From NCBI RefSeq assembly GCF_018350175.1, contig NC_058368.1, positions 142,416,001 to 142,480,000 of the forward strand: DNA of 64,000 nucleotides. Direction: 5' to 3'. Made by a program: the position numbers and the translations under genes. Of the stretch, positions 1 to 14,687 are shown piece by piece. This DNA is from Felis catus. Its lineage: Eukaryota. The notes below the pieces were generated by a model. The model did not search any database. It was given only the letters and a program-made list of their open reading frames with translations, and was not told where the DNA came from. How positions within the stretch are numbered: the first letter of the stretch is position 1; each line of letters opens with the position of its first letter.

Positions 1-62
1 AGCAGGTTAATGTCTCTGAAAAGTGACACAGTAAAAATAAATCCTGTTTCATAATGAACAGG

Positions 63-265
63 TTTTTTTTTTTTTTAAGTTTTTATTTATTTTGAGGGAG
101 ACAGAGACAGCCCAGAGACGGGCAGGGAGAGGGAGAGAATCCCAAGCAGACTCCGCACTGCCAGAGCAGAGCCCAACACGGGGCTCGAACCCACACACTG
201 TGAGATGGTGACCTGAGCCGAAACCAAGAGTCAGACACTTAACCGACTGAGCCACCCAGGTGCCC
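63..265 (-). mobile_element. SINEC (carnivore tRNA-derived SINE)
   Basis: Reverse complement of gggcacctgggtggctcagtcggttaag head, CT-rich linker and A tail. Confidence 0.95.
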
Positions 266-2529
266 TTAAACAAGTAAGTTTAAAGAAGCCAAAGAAGACT
301 ACTTTCCTGTAACGCTATTTTGGAAAGCTTGACCATAAATTCTGAATTTTAGGAATAGTTCTTGTTTCGCATGCTTTGCTCTTGATGACCTGTGAAACAA
401 GCCAGAAATGTCACATCTTCTAATATGGAAGTGGTAGACAGTACCGTGAGTACTGAGTTGGGGTTATAAAACTAAAAGTCATCACAGTTATCTGTTAGGT
501 AATTAGAGGTGAGGAAACTTCCACTCAAACTCATCTTGATTAGCCATAGAAAACCTTCCTAAAAGTTGTATGCACAAAGGTGTGGAGGCTTTTTCTTCAC
601 TTTTTGAGCATTGATATTAGTCTTGTTTCCTACAGAATGGACATGAACATTCACTACGACTAAATTTCACAAGTTTAAAAACTCAGTGAAAACAGCATAA
701 CCAATAGCAGAGCGGGAGGCCAAAGGCTATTCTTCCACAGAAGCTGATTAACCACTAATGAACAACTCTATCTCTTATCTGCCCATTGGTCACCAACCCG
801 TATCCTCTCATAAATTTGTACCCTCCCAGACAAGTTTCTGTTCAACTAGAAAGAAAAAGCTCATTCATCCTCAAGAGGTTCTCCACTGGCAGCTTTCAAC
901 AGTGATAATATGGAAAAAAATGATCCAGTGCTCTGGTCATGAGACCATAATGGTTCTAACAGTGAGTGAAGACTCACATGGGCCGGGCCAAGTCAAATCA
1001 CGGTTTAGAGCTGCTGAGACGTGTGCGCTCAAAAGACCAGGAACGACAAGAGCAGTCTTCTCAAATTCAAGGACCAGACCCCCCGCACAGTCCCTGCCCG
1101 TGGAGTAGAGTACAGTGCACAGTGAAGGCACAGTGCAATGCTGGATACTACACATAAAACTGAAAAAATATCTTATTTACCTTTGTATTTTCTCTTGTAT
1201 TGGGGAGAGGGACTCACAAGGAGTAGAGAGAATAATCTATGCATCTGGCTACTGGAACAGTTTCTTAGAACTGATTATTCTTACATTCATTCACTAAAGG
1301 ACAGTGATTCACCCAAAGATATACAGCTGTCAGGAGTCAGTTTACTACAGTGGATTCAAGACATCTCCATCTTTCTTTCTTTGGCATTGAAAACTTTTAA
1401 GTCTTTATCTTCTGCTGTGAAATCATCGGGGAAAACATCTCCTGGAAGCCTGAATGCCATTTCAAAGGATGGGATAAAAGTGGATCTACAGAGAAACAGG
1501 GGAATTCCATGGGAAAAAAACCACCCCATGAGTGATGAAAGAGGAAGCAGAAATTCCTACGGGAGAAAGAATCGTGAGCACACTGGTCAGCCTAAGAAAT
1601 AAACAAGGTGACTGGCTGAGGGAGTTCTCTACAGCACAGCCACTGGGGGGGCCTTTTTGAGAGTGGATGAACTACATGCAATTTTGAATTTAAGCAGCAA
1701 GAGGTCAGCCCAAGGATCCGGTGAGATAGTAATGGACCAACTTCCTCTGGGATCCTAGAGATGTGTGTGGGAGTCAGTTTTAGCTCCTGCTCCCAATTCA
1801 CCCTGAGAAACAGTCCCAGGACCTAGACACCATATCGAGTGGCCTTTCCCTCCACCAAGGTAGCTAGCTACTCCATTAGAACCAAAAGACAAAAACAACA
1901 ACTAAAGGTATTCAGCTGCTTATTGTAATATGGGAGAAAACCCGCGGCCAGCTTACAACTGGCTTCCCTTTCTCAACCCAACTGGTTTCCCTCTCATTCT
2001 AAGAGCAGATGCGCTCCTGAAGCATGGCCAAAAGCACCACCACACTATTTCTAGGACACAACTAGAGCAGAGAAGGGAGGAAATTAGGAAAAAATAAGCA
2101 CAAAGAATTCTATATTCTATTATGTACAGCTAGATATTTCCAGAAATGTAGAACACTTCGGCTTGTTGGAATGATAGAAAATACATGGCAAAAAGAGGCT
2201 AAGTAGTATATATACTTGTATAATAATGATTACCTGCATGAAGATTGTTGATTTCCCCTTCGACAAGGCACTCACAGGCCATACAGGATCACTGATCAGC
2301 CACTGAGCACAAAATGTTGGTTGCACTACCAAAAAGGCTTCATCTGTGGAACTTTGAACCCCACACAGGTTGCAAAAGCTCCATTCATCACCCTAAGTTA
2401 TTTCTATGATAGCAGGATGTTGGCTGGGAAAAAATGAAGTGGACAGAAATGATTTGGCTCTAAATGCCATCTGCCTTCTGACGGTGTGGGAGAGACCGTA
2501 AAGGCAGTGGCAAGGCCCTTGGGACTTTG

Positions 2530-2930
2530 ACCAGCTGACTTCTTCTGCCTGTATTTCCAGGCTCACTGATTTCTCACTCCGTCATGTACTGCACACAGCC
2601 CCAGCAACCACTCCCTGCTCCCTGACCACACACCATATTCCCAGCCCCCTTGCCTCGGTCCACACTCAGCCCCATTTGGATGCCATTCTCTGCCTTCATC
2701 CCTTAGTGAAACCTAGTCATCTATAAGGCCCAAGTCAAATGTCACAGCTCTGGGATGCCCTCTCCGAATGGCAGAATTCGTTGTTCCTTCCTCTGTCCCC
2801 AATATAATCAGTTCATCACTGAAGCAGTGACTTCTCTGCTTGTCTTCTCATGGCTGGATTGGGAACTCTTGAAGGGCAGGGACACTCTCCTACTCTTCAC
2901 TGCTTCACCATCACACAATAGGTCCGAATG
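2530..2930 (+). mobile_element. L2 3' fragment
   Basis: Degenerate L2 3' words such as aaggcccaagtcaaatgtcac and gaactcttgaagggcagggac. Confidence 0.65.
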
Positions 2931-3601
2931 ACTAGGTATCTGGTGGCTTCAAGATCTTATGCACTCATCCTCTAAATGACACTCAAGAACAGCCCGCAGG
3001 ATATTAGACTGTATTTTCCATTTTAAGATGCGTCCTCAAGACTGCTGTGTAACAGAGAGGAATAAAAAAAATAATAAAGAAGAGCTCTTTTTAAGGTGCA
3101 CTAACGGCTTGGACGCCACCTTCTTTCCTTCCCCAGGAATTTCCCAAAGTAATGTAGATGGCTCTGTTCAGACTTGGCTGGCTACAGATTTCCGTCAGAA
3201 TTTTGTTTTCTTCCAGATCTGAGTGCATGGAAAAAAAATCGTAATTTCCTTGTGGGCCTGGTTATAATTCTATAGGCTGATTAGCAATGAGTAAACTTCA
3301 GGCCTGTACAATCCAGTTGTTCCATTTGTTACTGTAATGGCTGTTCCGTGTTTGTTACTGAGGCACAATATGTCATTTTAGGATCAACACCTAGACACCT
3401 CTCCAAGACTGACCCTACAATCTCTTCCCCGTTTCAGTTTCAATGGTATCAAATTCTCAGTATTTTAAATTCACTTCAACATCTACCAGACACTGATGTA
3501 ATTTACACTCTACTAGCAGTCTCTGTATGTGCTTTGTTTCTGACCACCTGAGACATCCCCCTCAAGTGAACTTATCTATCAATGTTAAAAATACTAAAGC
3601 A

Positions 3602-3828
3602 GGGTGCCTGGGTGGCTCAGTCGGTTGAGCATCCGACTTTGGCTCAGGTCATGATCTCACGGTCTGTGGGTTTGAGCCCTGCATCGGGCTCTGTGCTGAC
3701 AGCTCAGAGCCTGCAGTCTGCTTCGATCCTGTGTCTCCCTCTCTCTCTGCCTCTTCCCCCCTCTCACTTTGTCTCACTCTGTCTCTCAAAAATAAAAAAA
3801 TGTAAAAAAAATTGAAAAAAAAAATTTT
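3602..3828 (+). mobile_element. SINEC
   Basis: Full head, CT linker and A tail; target-site duplication (TSD) aaatactaaagcag on both sides. Confidence 0.95.
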
Positions 3829-3859
3829 AAATACTAAAGCAGTACACTGAGTAGGCACC

Positions 3860-4235
3860 ATCAGTGCCCCGTGTTTATCCCTCAGCTCCCTGTTCCCACA
3901 AGTGCTTACAGCAAGCACCCATGATAACCACCCAAGCACAGAGCAGGCTTTAACTGCTGGCCTCAAGAGCAGTCACTGACGGATGTGAGGTGGAGACGGC
4001 CAATCCCAGCTGGCTGGCCCCTCCGATGGTCTGGTTCTGAAGAATGCCTCCTAGAATTCACCAGGGATTCAGCCCCAGGTGCCCACAGCAGTATCTTGTT
4101 CAAGGTCATCCCTTTATTGCCCTTCTTCTCCTCCCTAGTTCACATACCTATTCCCTTAATGATGCTTCCCAGGATTACCTCCCTAACAACCTTGAATCCT
4201 GTCACAGAATCTGGTCTGGGGGAAGTCAATCTAAA
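3860..4235 (+). mobile_element. ERVL LTR remnant (LTR16-like)
   Basis: cccacagcagta...ccctttattg...gcttcccaggattacctccc...aatcctgtcacagaatctggtctgggggaa resembles the LTR16 3' end as I recall it. Confidence 0.55.
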
Positions 4236-5149
4236 AAAAAAAAAAATACCAACACTGAAGCAACCTGATACCAATAAAGGAAGGCAGACCACAGGGACAC
4301 CCCACCTTCAAGTGTAGTAAATATTCACAGTAAATAAAACACTGTCATGGCATATTTGTGCTGAAGAACCTTTCCGTGTCATTGTCATAATGAGCCTGAC
4401 AGCCTCAGGAAGCGAAGAGAGTGATCTTAAATCTCTGGGAATTAGTGTGTTATATGTATTCTAAAAACGGATTGGATTTCAGTGGCTGTTTCCAACTTCC
4501 ATGGCATTAAATTTCCTTTTATTCTTCCCGGCACCATATTTCCAATAAGCCCTGAAAAAACACACCCCTGGGGAAGGATATTTTGCTATCTTAATAAAGT
4601 CTTTCAATCCTTAGGAGACAATTCACCATATTTCATTCTCAAAAATATTAATTTTACTCCTCCAAAGAATCTTGTGAAAATATTTGTATTTCTTGCCTGA
4701 GTTCCCTGGGAGGTGAAGTTGAAAAGCTAGCTAATACAGGATAATTCCAATATTACAAAAAAATAATACATACTGCAATATGGAAATACTTAATATCCAA
4801 AGAAAAAATGTCAAGCCCTCAAATCAAAAGCCTTTTAGCTGGAAAGTAATGTCCAGGGGCTCTCATTTGACTAATATGTATTACAAATTATGTGAGGCAT
4901 ACTTTGCTTTAAAACAAATAAGTAGGTACAGAATTCAAGTTTCTACAAAAGGTTAATTCATGGATAAGGATTCACTTTACATTAAAAATTCACAAATATT
5001 CCATTAAAATACCATGCCTTGCAAAATACCAATTTTATTTTAGAGAAGCCTGATTAATTTTTATTTTAAATAATATGTAAAATAATATTTAAAATATACA
5101 TTTACCTTTTAAGACCATATCTAATTGGAAAACCACACATTCACTGCTT

Positions 5150-5660
5150 CTAGGAGTCCAGCCTGGACCAGGGGCAGGAAGAACAGGGGTGCAGATGAAG
5201 CATTATGAAGGAGGTAGAACAGACAGGTCTTCATAGAACCCATGGGATGTGGGCAATGAGGGAAAGAGGGATCTCAAGATGCTGCCCTGGTGTCTGGTTT
5301 GGTGGATGGACTGGAGGTCTTTAGTAGGAGCGAGAATTCAGGCCACAGAGCCAGTCAGAGAGAAGGAATAGGGTCATTTTGGGGCATGACGTATTGTAAA
5401 TGCCAGTGGGACACCAAGGGCAGATCTACCGTGAGTAGGTGGCTATATGGACCTGCAGCCCGGAGCAGTTATTTGGTCTGGGGAGATCTGGCCCATGAGT
5501 GGCAGCTGAAGTCATGGGGTGGGCTACGTAATTTGGAGAATGCAAGGAGAAGAAGGAAAGAAGTGGGGAGAGGACTTCCTGGAAACAATGATAAGGAAGA
5601 GGTAAAGGAAGTCAGCCAAGCGGTCTGAGAAGAAATGCTGGAGGGAAGCAGGTACAAATC
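5150..5660 (-). mobile_element. L2 fragment
   Basis: Purine-rich degenerate L2 antisense words (ggatgtgggcaatgagggaaagaggga, ttttggggcatg, ggcagctgaagtcatggg). Confidence 0.6.
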
Positions 5661-6029
5661 ACTTCATGGGTCGGTGAATACTCTATTATAAGCCAGCATT
5701 TTGTGTTTATTGTTATTATTCTGTCAACATGAGCTACACCACATGTATACCCTGGACAGGCAGAGGGGAAGGAGAAGTACCAGGGTAGGAGGCAGGGTGA
5801 TGACTGGAGTGCCCACAAGGTCTGGTGCTCACTGGCTAGAGCTGACTTTCCAGATGCTAACAGTCACAACCAAGTACTCACACGAGAACCTCCAGGTATG
5901 TTCTCTTCAACGATTCCACACCTGATTTTACCTCAAATACAGGACAATTTTGTATGCAATTAACCATAACTGAGATGACAGTATGTGCAAAGTTATGCAT
6001 CTCAATAAACCTTTCTAGGAAAATGGGTC

Positions 6030-6560
6030 AACATCATAAACATCACAAGTCACAAATGACAATTTCACCTGAAAAGAAGGACATAATCACAAAAAAGAAA
6101 ATACAAGCAGGTACTGTGTTCCTGAAAAACATCCAACTTCATTAGTAACAAAAACGGTAAAAATTAAAATGAGGTGCCATTCTTACTTTCTAAACTGGCA
6201 ACAATTTGGGTCCTTAGGGATCCTTACAGTGGGCTTAAAACAAGCACTGTCTTTTACTGCCACTGACAGCCCAACTTTCTGGAACACATTTTTAAAACCG
6301 AACAAATGTCTATAAAAGGACATTCAAGGTTTATATTCAAGGATTTTAAAAAACCAGAAAACCTAAATATTAAAAATAAAAGGTTACAATGATTTAAATA
6401 TATACCACAGATACAATATTCAACCAGTGAAATGCTTTCTTTTAACAAGAAACTTCTAATGATACAAGGAAATGAATATAACATCATATTAAACAAAAAA
6501 GTAACTGACTGCAAAGTTGTATACAGAGTAAGCACTCAACTATGTAAAGAAAAGAACATA
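6030..6560 (+). mobile_element. Old L1 (L1M/L1ME-like) fragment
   Basis: A-rich, with ORF2 3'-end-like words (aaagaaaatacaa...catccaacttcattagtaa...aaattaaaatgaggtgccat). Confidence 0.55.
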
Positions 6561-6570
6561 CAAAAAGCGA

Positions 6571-6735
6571 TGCGCCTGGGTGGCTCAGTCAGTTAAGCAT
6601 CCTTGATCATGATCTCACAGTTCAAGCCCCACGGTGGGCTCTGTGCTGACAACGCGGAGCCTGCTTAGGATTCTCTCTCTGCCCCTCCCTCCACCCCTCT
6701 CTCAAAATAAATAAATAAACTTCAAAAAAAAAATG
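6571..6735 (+). mobile_element. SINEC, internally deleted
   Basis: gcgcctgggtggctcagtcagttaag head and A tail. Confidence 0.9.
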
Positions 6736-9526
6736 TACAAAAAGAGACACTCTTAGGAGCCTGGCCAGTAGATTGGAAGTGGTGACTTCCAAGGAGACTG
6801 ATTTTTTTCCCCTGCATGTGTACACTTTCCTGTATGAAACTGGATTATTTTGATAATTGGGAGAAAACACAGATCCACATCTTTCAGCAATTCTAGTCCG
6901 GCAATAATAGTTAGCACATAAAGGTTGCTGCCTGGCTTCAAAAGTACACAAGGCACCAGGGAAGACTGAGGTGTGACCTTTGGGCAGCTGAAGAACTACC
7001 TTTGCTTTGAGATGTGCAGATAATATAAATATGCAAGCATAAAACATACAATATCACAGCAGCTAAACAAAAATACAACTCCTGGAGGTCTGCCCAAGTG
7101 ACCTTCTCTACAACTACCCTTATACCAAAATGCCTGACGGTTACCAGAATGTACGTGGTGTAGGGTGTAAATGGTCAAGAAGATGGGTACTCTGACAATA
7201 AACAATGATGGGAAGTCCATGAAAGCAGCTGACCACCATGCTAGGCCGGCTGTGTCTTGCCAGTCCACAGCCAGTCCATGAATAGGAGAAAAATGGATTG
7301 AACTTCAACTGAAACAGGGATGCAATTTGGGAATGAAGCAGGAAGAGAGAACTGTGGTGATGAGGCAACCAGAGTGGAACCAGCTCTTTCAGATTAGTCA
7401 CACTAGATTTCTAAAGCGAATTCTCATATTTGCCTTCATTACATGAAAGAGATGACCTAAGCTGTGAGTTAATGACAGGAAGAGCTCATTTCCTAACACA
7501 ACTTGGCCGCATATACATATTAATTTGGATCAGAATCAGGTACACTTCTAAGTTCATCTGAGCTTGCCAATTAGCTCTTAAGAGTTTTTCACAGGCTGTT
7601 CTGGGCCGGTAACAGAAGGCACAGAGACTAGGGGTCAATCCCATCTTTACAGGTTGCCTGGCACCCTAACTCTAGATATGTGATGAGTGGCTAGCCTGTG
7701 GTTCAGAGGAGGCTGGTGTCTTAAAAGACAGTATCGATGTATGACTGGCACTTCCCGTAGGCATGAGAGCACAAGGAAAGGAAATGATTACAAAAACTTT
7801 ATTTTGGCTTTTGAATTAATCCAAAAGGGAATGTAGATTAAATCAATATTTAATTCAAAAGAAGCCAGTTTCTGTTAGGAAATCATGATGGAATTTCAAA
7901 GAGCAGAGAGGGTGTTTATGGGGGCAGGATCTCAGAACTTCACAGCTACTACTGCCTTCTTTAGTGGTCAGCAGGGGTTGCTGTGGTTTGACTTGGGAAA
8001 TGATAAAAATATATACAGCTATGACTTACCTACGTTAACAAGCTTCATGTAAAAGCACACATATATTTTACAGTAACAGTGAAGGAGACACCTCTAGACC
8101 ATCGCAGTATATATTCATTCAGATGAGGTGAGTTCAACCCTTTCAAGGAGAAATTTACAAAATGGATCATTAAGGTGAAAAAGCTTTCTACTTAAGGATC
8201 ATGGCATTTCTTTGTGTAGCTGGAATGATAAGAGGACTACCAGTTGGAGCCAAATCTACTTGATGGAGGAGCTTTTTAGAGCCTCTTTCACAGACTTTAG
8301 CATTTGATCACAACAAAACTACCTGTTTGTTGATGTGAGATCCAGAACATCCTTGTGGACTTATCCCATCAGATGGAGGACCTGAATTCTCCATGGAATA
8401 ATCCACCAAGACAGATGACCAGAATTCACAAGAAGATGGACGCTCTTGCCACATCAGCACCGAGAAGAGTTCCTTTCCACACAGGGAAGCATTAACCCCC
8501 CGCTTCACCTAATCCCCCTCAACAGGTGACTTTTTCTACTTTTCAGAAGAAGTGAGGCCAGTACACCAGAATACTCTTCCTATCTATTCCTTGGACTTAA
8601 AGCTTATTTACGGTAACTCTCCTATCCAGAGAGCCACCCCAGCTCCTATCCAAAGCTAACCAGATAGATACCCACCCCCCTGGGACTGTGTTCCATTCAG
8701 TTTAGCTGCAGCCTCGCCCACCTGACCCTCTGAAGCCTCGCTTTCCACCCTCATTGTTTCTTGCCAGTGACCCCTTCCTACCTGGTTTCCTAGCCTCTGT
8801 CCAATCTGCTAAGCTGGTGCCTTCCTAATGTTTAACCTCACTTCCCTGCTTAAAAGTACCTTTGTGGCTTCCCAAATTATAAATGGGTCAAAATGCCACA
8901 ACCCCTTATAAATTGGAAGTTATACGTCAGCCCACATTCACTCCTCCATTTGCCCAACATTTATCGAGCACATAACCTATAACAGACATTGGGCTGGGCA
9001 GCCCATAATGTGCTTGAAGTAGAGATTTCTTCAGAGAATGTTACAGACCTAGCTCTATGGTCTAACCACAGACATTTACCTCCCATCCATCAACCGATAT
9101 TCACCAAGCACCTACTATGCATTAGACAATGTACTGGGCACTGAAGATATAATAAAAGACTCACACCAGCCCTCAAAAGTTCACAGTCTACCAAGGAAAG
9201 CAACTTTTCACTCTGTCCTTGCTGAGAAGAATCCTCAGGACTCTCTTGTCAAACAGGCACAGGTCTAGCCAAAACGTATCAGAAAAAAGGCAAGCCGTCA
9301 ACATTCACGTAACAAAAGCAGAAAAAGAACTGCTTTCATTTTCAATCTTCAATATATCTAATTATTTTGATTTGCTTTTTTTGAAATCTTGAAAATCACA
9401 ATCTTATTTCTACTTTATCATTTTCCTTTCCAGACACCATTTATTTAATTTATCCTCAGTAAAGGAAGAAAGCTATTTCATCCTCTCCTGTTAAGTGCTT
9501 CCAAACTACTGGTGGAAATGAATTCT

Positions 9527-9757
9527 TTTTTTTTTTTTTTAATTTTTTTTAATGTTTATTTATTTTTTTTTGAGACAGAGAGAGACAGAGCACGAATGGG
9601 GGAAGGGCAGAGAGAGAGGGAGACACAGAATCGGAAGCAGGCTCCAGGCTCTGAGCCATCAGCCCAGAGCCCGACGCGGGGCTCGAACTCACAGGCCGTG
9701 AGATTGTGACCTGAGCTGAAGTCAGAGGCTTAACCGACTGAGCCACCCAGGCGCCCC
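9527..9757 (-). mobile_element. SINEC (feline type)
   Basis: Full length; TSD ggaaatgaattct at 9514-9526 and 9758-9770. Confidence 0.97.
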
Positions 9758-10849
9758 GGAAATGAATTCTATACTGTACCACAGGAACTTAAAAGTCTCA
9801 GTGTCATAACAGTTAAATTCTATGCAAGGAAAAGCCACTCTTTGGTGGCTAGAGGTTCATCATAAAATGTATAATGGCTTCTATTTAATACAGAAATATC
9901 AATCCTGCTTAATTCCTGGGTGGAACAGCATTGGAAAGTAAACCTTCTCATTCATTCACTCAGCCTGGAAAAGTATGAGGATGGCAATGTATTTGCCATG
10001 TTTATCACACAAAGGAATGTGCTGTCACAGGTCAAGTACACACAATGCAAGATTTAGACACAGAAGGTGGCTGGTGTTTGTTGACACCAACTACACAGAA
10101 GCAGAATCAGAGAGAGCTCAGGAAACCTCACCACCATCACCTTGTGAGCCAGCCATCATGATTCTGAGTCAAACACTCTTCCCCCACCTCTTAGAATACA
10201 CTTAAGTGTCACCCAGGGCATGAATGAGAAGGAAACACACTGATAACCCTGCTTACATTACCTTCTCATGTTTCATACAGACACTGGTGACAACTAAGCA
10301 TGTACCCAGCAATCACGCCCTTGAAAATGTATCTCTGTATTTCTGGTGCCACAGTAAGAAGAGAATGCTCATTCATGTAGGTGGTTAAAAGTCATTTTTC
10401 TCGTGGATGACGGTTCCTAAACTGATCTCTCTTGGGCATATCAAAATGTGACCCTGGGAACATGGTACCTACATCAAATGTCAAAGTTAACAATCATCAA
10501 AGAAGCAGAACTTTCAGCTGAAAAGCAGTGTTTGGGTTCCTATCCTGGTAGAACAGTGGTGAGTACCTCCCTTGGCACATTTCCTAAGAAAGCGAGGGGA
10601 AAGGTCTACAGCTAAGACATCAGAATTGAGACTTGGGCTGTATAACATAAGGTTCAGGCAACACATCAGAGATGTGCCTTTTCTTTTCTTTTTTTTCCAA
10701 CTTTGAATATTTAAAAATATCCCTCTTAACTGCAGACTGTGAAAAAAACTTTAAAAGAATTAAAAAAAAAAAAAAAAACACTTTCATACTCCTCACAACC
10801 TACTGGAAAAAACTATTTTATTTAATAAATTAGAAATTACCCTGTTCTT

Positions 10850-11070
10850 GGAGCACCTGGGTGGCTCAGTCTGTTAAGTATCTGACTCTTGATTTCTGCT
10901 CAGGTCATGATCTCGCAGTTCACGAGATCCAGCTCAGCGTATGGCTCTGTGTTGATAGAGCAGGACCTGTTTAGGATTCTCTCTCCCTCTCTCTCTGTCC
11001 CTACCCCGCACTCACTCACTCTTTCTCTCTCTCTCTCTCTCAAAATAAATAAACATTAAAAAAAAAAAAA
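10850..11070 (+). mobile_element. SINEC
   Basis: Full length; TSD aaattaccctgttctt. Confidence 0.95.
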
Positions 11071-11100
11071 ATTACCCTGTTCTTTCAAGGATCTTCTAGA

Positions 11101-11795
11101 GTATTGTTGTCCAATGGTAGTATTATGTGAGCCATGTACAGCATTCAAAAATTTTAGTAAAGGAGCACCTGGGTGGTTCAGTTGGTTGAGCATCTGACTT
11201 GAGCTCAGATCATGATCTCAGGGTTCATGAGTTCAAGCCCCATGCTGGGCTGCGGGCTGACAGCACAGAGCCTGCTTTGAATTCTCTGTATCCCTCTTTC
11301 TCTGCCACTCTCCCACTCATGCTATCTCTCAAAAATAAATAAACATTAAATATTTTTTTAATTTTAGTAGAAACATTTAAAAAGAAGAAATTGATTTTAA
11401 TAATGTATTTAATTCTACATATCCAAAACATTATCATTTCAACACATAATCAATGCAAAAAATATTAAAAATATTTTACATCCTTTTTCCTTCACACTAA
11501 CACTTCAAAATCTGCTGTGTATTTTACACTTAAAGCACATCTCAATTCAGGTACTAAGTTTTCAGCAGAAATACTTCATCTGATTAAACTATGTAACACG
11601 CACAGATGAAAAAATAAATCTGCATGCCCGAATGACCCCAAATGTACTTAAATGTTTTCCAACAACTTAATTAACCATCAGTTCTAAATTTTCAATGAAC
11701 TAAGATGAAATAAAATAAAAAATTCCATGCCTCAGTCGCACTAGCCATAATTCAAGTGCTCAAGAGAATGGCTACCATAACAGGCAGTGCAAACC
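11101..11795. mobile_element. hAT-Charlie DNA transposon remnant (MER33/Charlie1 group), interrupted by a SINEC
   Basis: Ends gttgtccaat... and ...gcactagccataattcaagtgctcaa...ggctacc...cagtgca, flanked by ctagag-type targets typical of Charlie elements. Confidence 0.7.
11162..11360 (+). mobile_element. SINEC inserted in the Charlie element
   Basis: ggagcacctgggtggttcag head and tail; aattttagta on both sides. Confidence 0.93.
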
Positions 11796-12094
11796 TAGAG
11801 CTTTCACTTTGCTCTTTGGTCAATTCCATCAAGAACTCCCCCAGATGGGGAAAGATTCATTCACTCATGAATAGAAAACTGAAGAAGACTAGCACACTTC
11901 TGATGAGGGAGTCCCACAATGCTGGATAAGATCACTCTCAGTTTATTCAGGAAAAAGATGATCCTTCCTGGTCTAAATAACATAAGATGATATAAAAGGC
12001 AGCTCCTTAAGTCAAAGTTCAAACTCACGAGATTCTAAAACCATGCAAATGTTTTCGAGTCAGATTGTCCGCCTCCCTTCTTAGGTCCTGGCGA

Positions 12095-12290
12095 ATTTAT
12101 GAGCATATTTATTGAGATTCACTGGGTGCTAGTTCCATATGCCTCACTCTACACAGAGCACATCATTTAATCTTGCAGCAATCCTGTGAGACAGGTGAGA
12201 GCCAGAGAGGGTGTTAATGACTTGTTCAAGGTCATACACCTCATTATAAGGTGTAGAGCTGGGAATCAAGCCCAGAAAGTCTGACTAGAT
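12095..12290 (-). mobile_element. MIR
   Basis: catttattgag...catttaatcttgcagcaatcctgtgag...gacttgttcaaggtcatac...gagctgggaatcaagcccag. Confidence 0.7.
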
Positions 12291-14687
12291 TTTTTTTAAA
12301 GCCTGCCCGCTAGAAACCTTCTAATACCAACCAATACCCTAAATTCACACTTTTCAAATATTTTCTCACAATTCTCACAGAGTAAGCAGGGCAGAACAGA
12401 GGAAGTATAACTTGCGTCTCTACCAGTGAGGCAAGGAGGTACATGGCAGAGCAGTTCCTCCATCCCGTGTCCGGAGTTCCTTCCAAGGTTCCTGATGTCA
12501 GGAAGCCAGGTGGGGGATACTTGCTGCCTGCTCTTACACCACACACAGCCTATCTTTGCCTCTCTGAATCTTCCAAACCACTCTGGGAGGAAGGGACATC
12601 CACACATAAAGAGATGGGAGATCCATCGGGTAAAGGGACATGCCTTAGGTCACACAGCCAACTGGCACCACATTTGGGGTCCCAACCTGGGTTTGTGTCC
12701 GGCAAAGATGGAGCCTCAGCCTAGGACCGCCTGATGATGAGGCTCTCCCCAGACCACAATGACTCTTTGCTCAAGAGAAACCTTTCACCAAGTGGATATA
12801 ATGTGAGTAGTCACATTGCTCTGTAATTCACATGCTGTTACTTCAGGAAGGCTACTGTTATGTCTGACTTCATAAAGTTTTATTGTATTTGTATGGGATG
12901 AATTCACAATTAAAAAAAAAAAGAGAGACACAGAAGGTGAGTTTTATCTGGCTAAATCTTCAGAAAGGGGGACTTCAAGGGTGAACATGACGTAGCTTCT
13001 GAAGGCACTGGCAGAATGGAATTGGTTTTTCCCCAGAGCTGGATTAAACAGGACATCCTGGCAGTGATCTAGGGCGACAACCCACAATGGGGGACTAAAT
13101 CACCACTGGAATACATGGGAAATATGGAGCCACTTAACTCAGGGGTTCACATGTGACTCTCCTCATATAATGGACAAAATGACAATTGGACCTGTTTCCA
13201 CTCAAATAGACAGTGCCTGGGAGGGGAAATAAACACAGTCCTCACTGGCACAGACCCGTCTCTGTTGAGACCATTTCCCCTCAAAGAACTGTGTGAGTGA
13301 AAACAGGCCTCACTACCAACCCCAATATCACCCGGCTGACAGCATCTAGAAGTCTAGACCTGAACAATACATGGTGGAGTGTTATTATTAACCAAGTTTT
13401 AAACAGGCTTCTGAAAATCACATGTTCAGAAAATCACATGTAATAAATCCCTTATTTTCAACACAGAGGAAAAACATATATATTTTTATTAAAAGTCTTT
13501 ATTAATAGAAAATCAGTTTCACCTATTCCCAGTAAATAAATACGGGACAGATATTTAAAGATTATCAGTTTGGTAAGGTGCCAATGATTAACCTTCACAG
13601 GACACCCACCCATCTTGGGTCAGCCCTAGCTTTCCCATGAGAACTTTGCTCAAATAATTTCATAATTCACAAGTGTTTACAGTTCCCATTAAAAAAAAAA
13701 AAAAGACAACCCAAGCTTCCTAATCTAACCCAAGCAGTAATAACTGTTAGAACAATTCAATAACATTTGAGAAATCAACAGTTTAATTCATGGTATAAGA
13801 GCAATTTTTCCTTCCCCAGAATCTGTAACCTAAAAAAAAAAAATCACCTTTCCACAAATGAGATGGTGTCTGTGAACGTATTCTATGGACTCCCTGCATA
13901 CGGCAGACCCTCCCGGATGGGGTGTCAATGGGTCCCACATCCAAACCACATCCTGGCTCCCTTGGCATGAGCCACATCCTCAAGTTCATAACAAGGTCTT
14001 TAGAGGACTAGGTTGAATACCGTCTCCCTTTAAGAAGCAGAGGTGGATCAAAGTCTTTTAAGATAATTATGTAATTGATTTTCCTGAATGCATACTGTAG
14101 GAGATTACTTAACCCCTGGTAATTATTACTAATATTTTCTAAAAGTAACTTTTATAAACCGGAATCCATAGACTTAAGCACAAGTCACCTATTAGTCAAC
14201 TGTTTTCAACTTTTATTTAGGCAGTTCCCCTACCAGAGCTGTCATCAAGTAAAAAAATTGGGCAATTTGAATTGGTCATCTCTACTTCCCCTTTCACAGA
14301 GAAACGGTAACAACTGGTAACGTGGCCCACAGAAAACTCAAAAGGAAAGACAATTGAAAGTCACCTGAGCCCATCATAAAGAATTCTGAAATTTGTTTAT
14401 GAATAGTGACAGAACAAAGGTGTCAGAATGGAAACATGGAAATTATAGCATTAAATTTAATGCCATTTTGAAACTTTACAGGGTCTTTTATAACATTTGT
14501 GTCTATTCATCCAAGAGGTGTTTCTAACAACAACAAAAACATAAAACAAACAAACAAAAACTAGTGTTTACCATTCAAGTCCACAAGTTTGACACACTGA
14601 ACCTGTTTCAAGAAGTAATTTGCTATCCAGCTGGAAAGTATATCCAAGGAATCATCATAATAAGGGTATCTGATTTCAACCACTTAC

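Noticed and set aside
1138..1602. 154-aa ORF
   Set aside because: No recognisable protein similarity, no supporting splice structure, and it lies opposite the inferred gene.
8024..8508. Minus-strand donors at 8030 (TAG|gtaagt) and about 8323 (CAG|gtagtt), and the 66-aa ORF
   Set aside because: No convincing polypyrimidine acceptor is paired with either donor.
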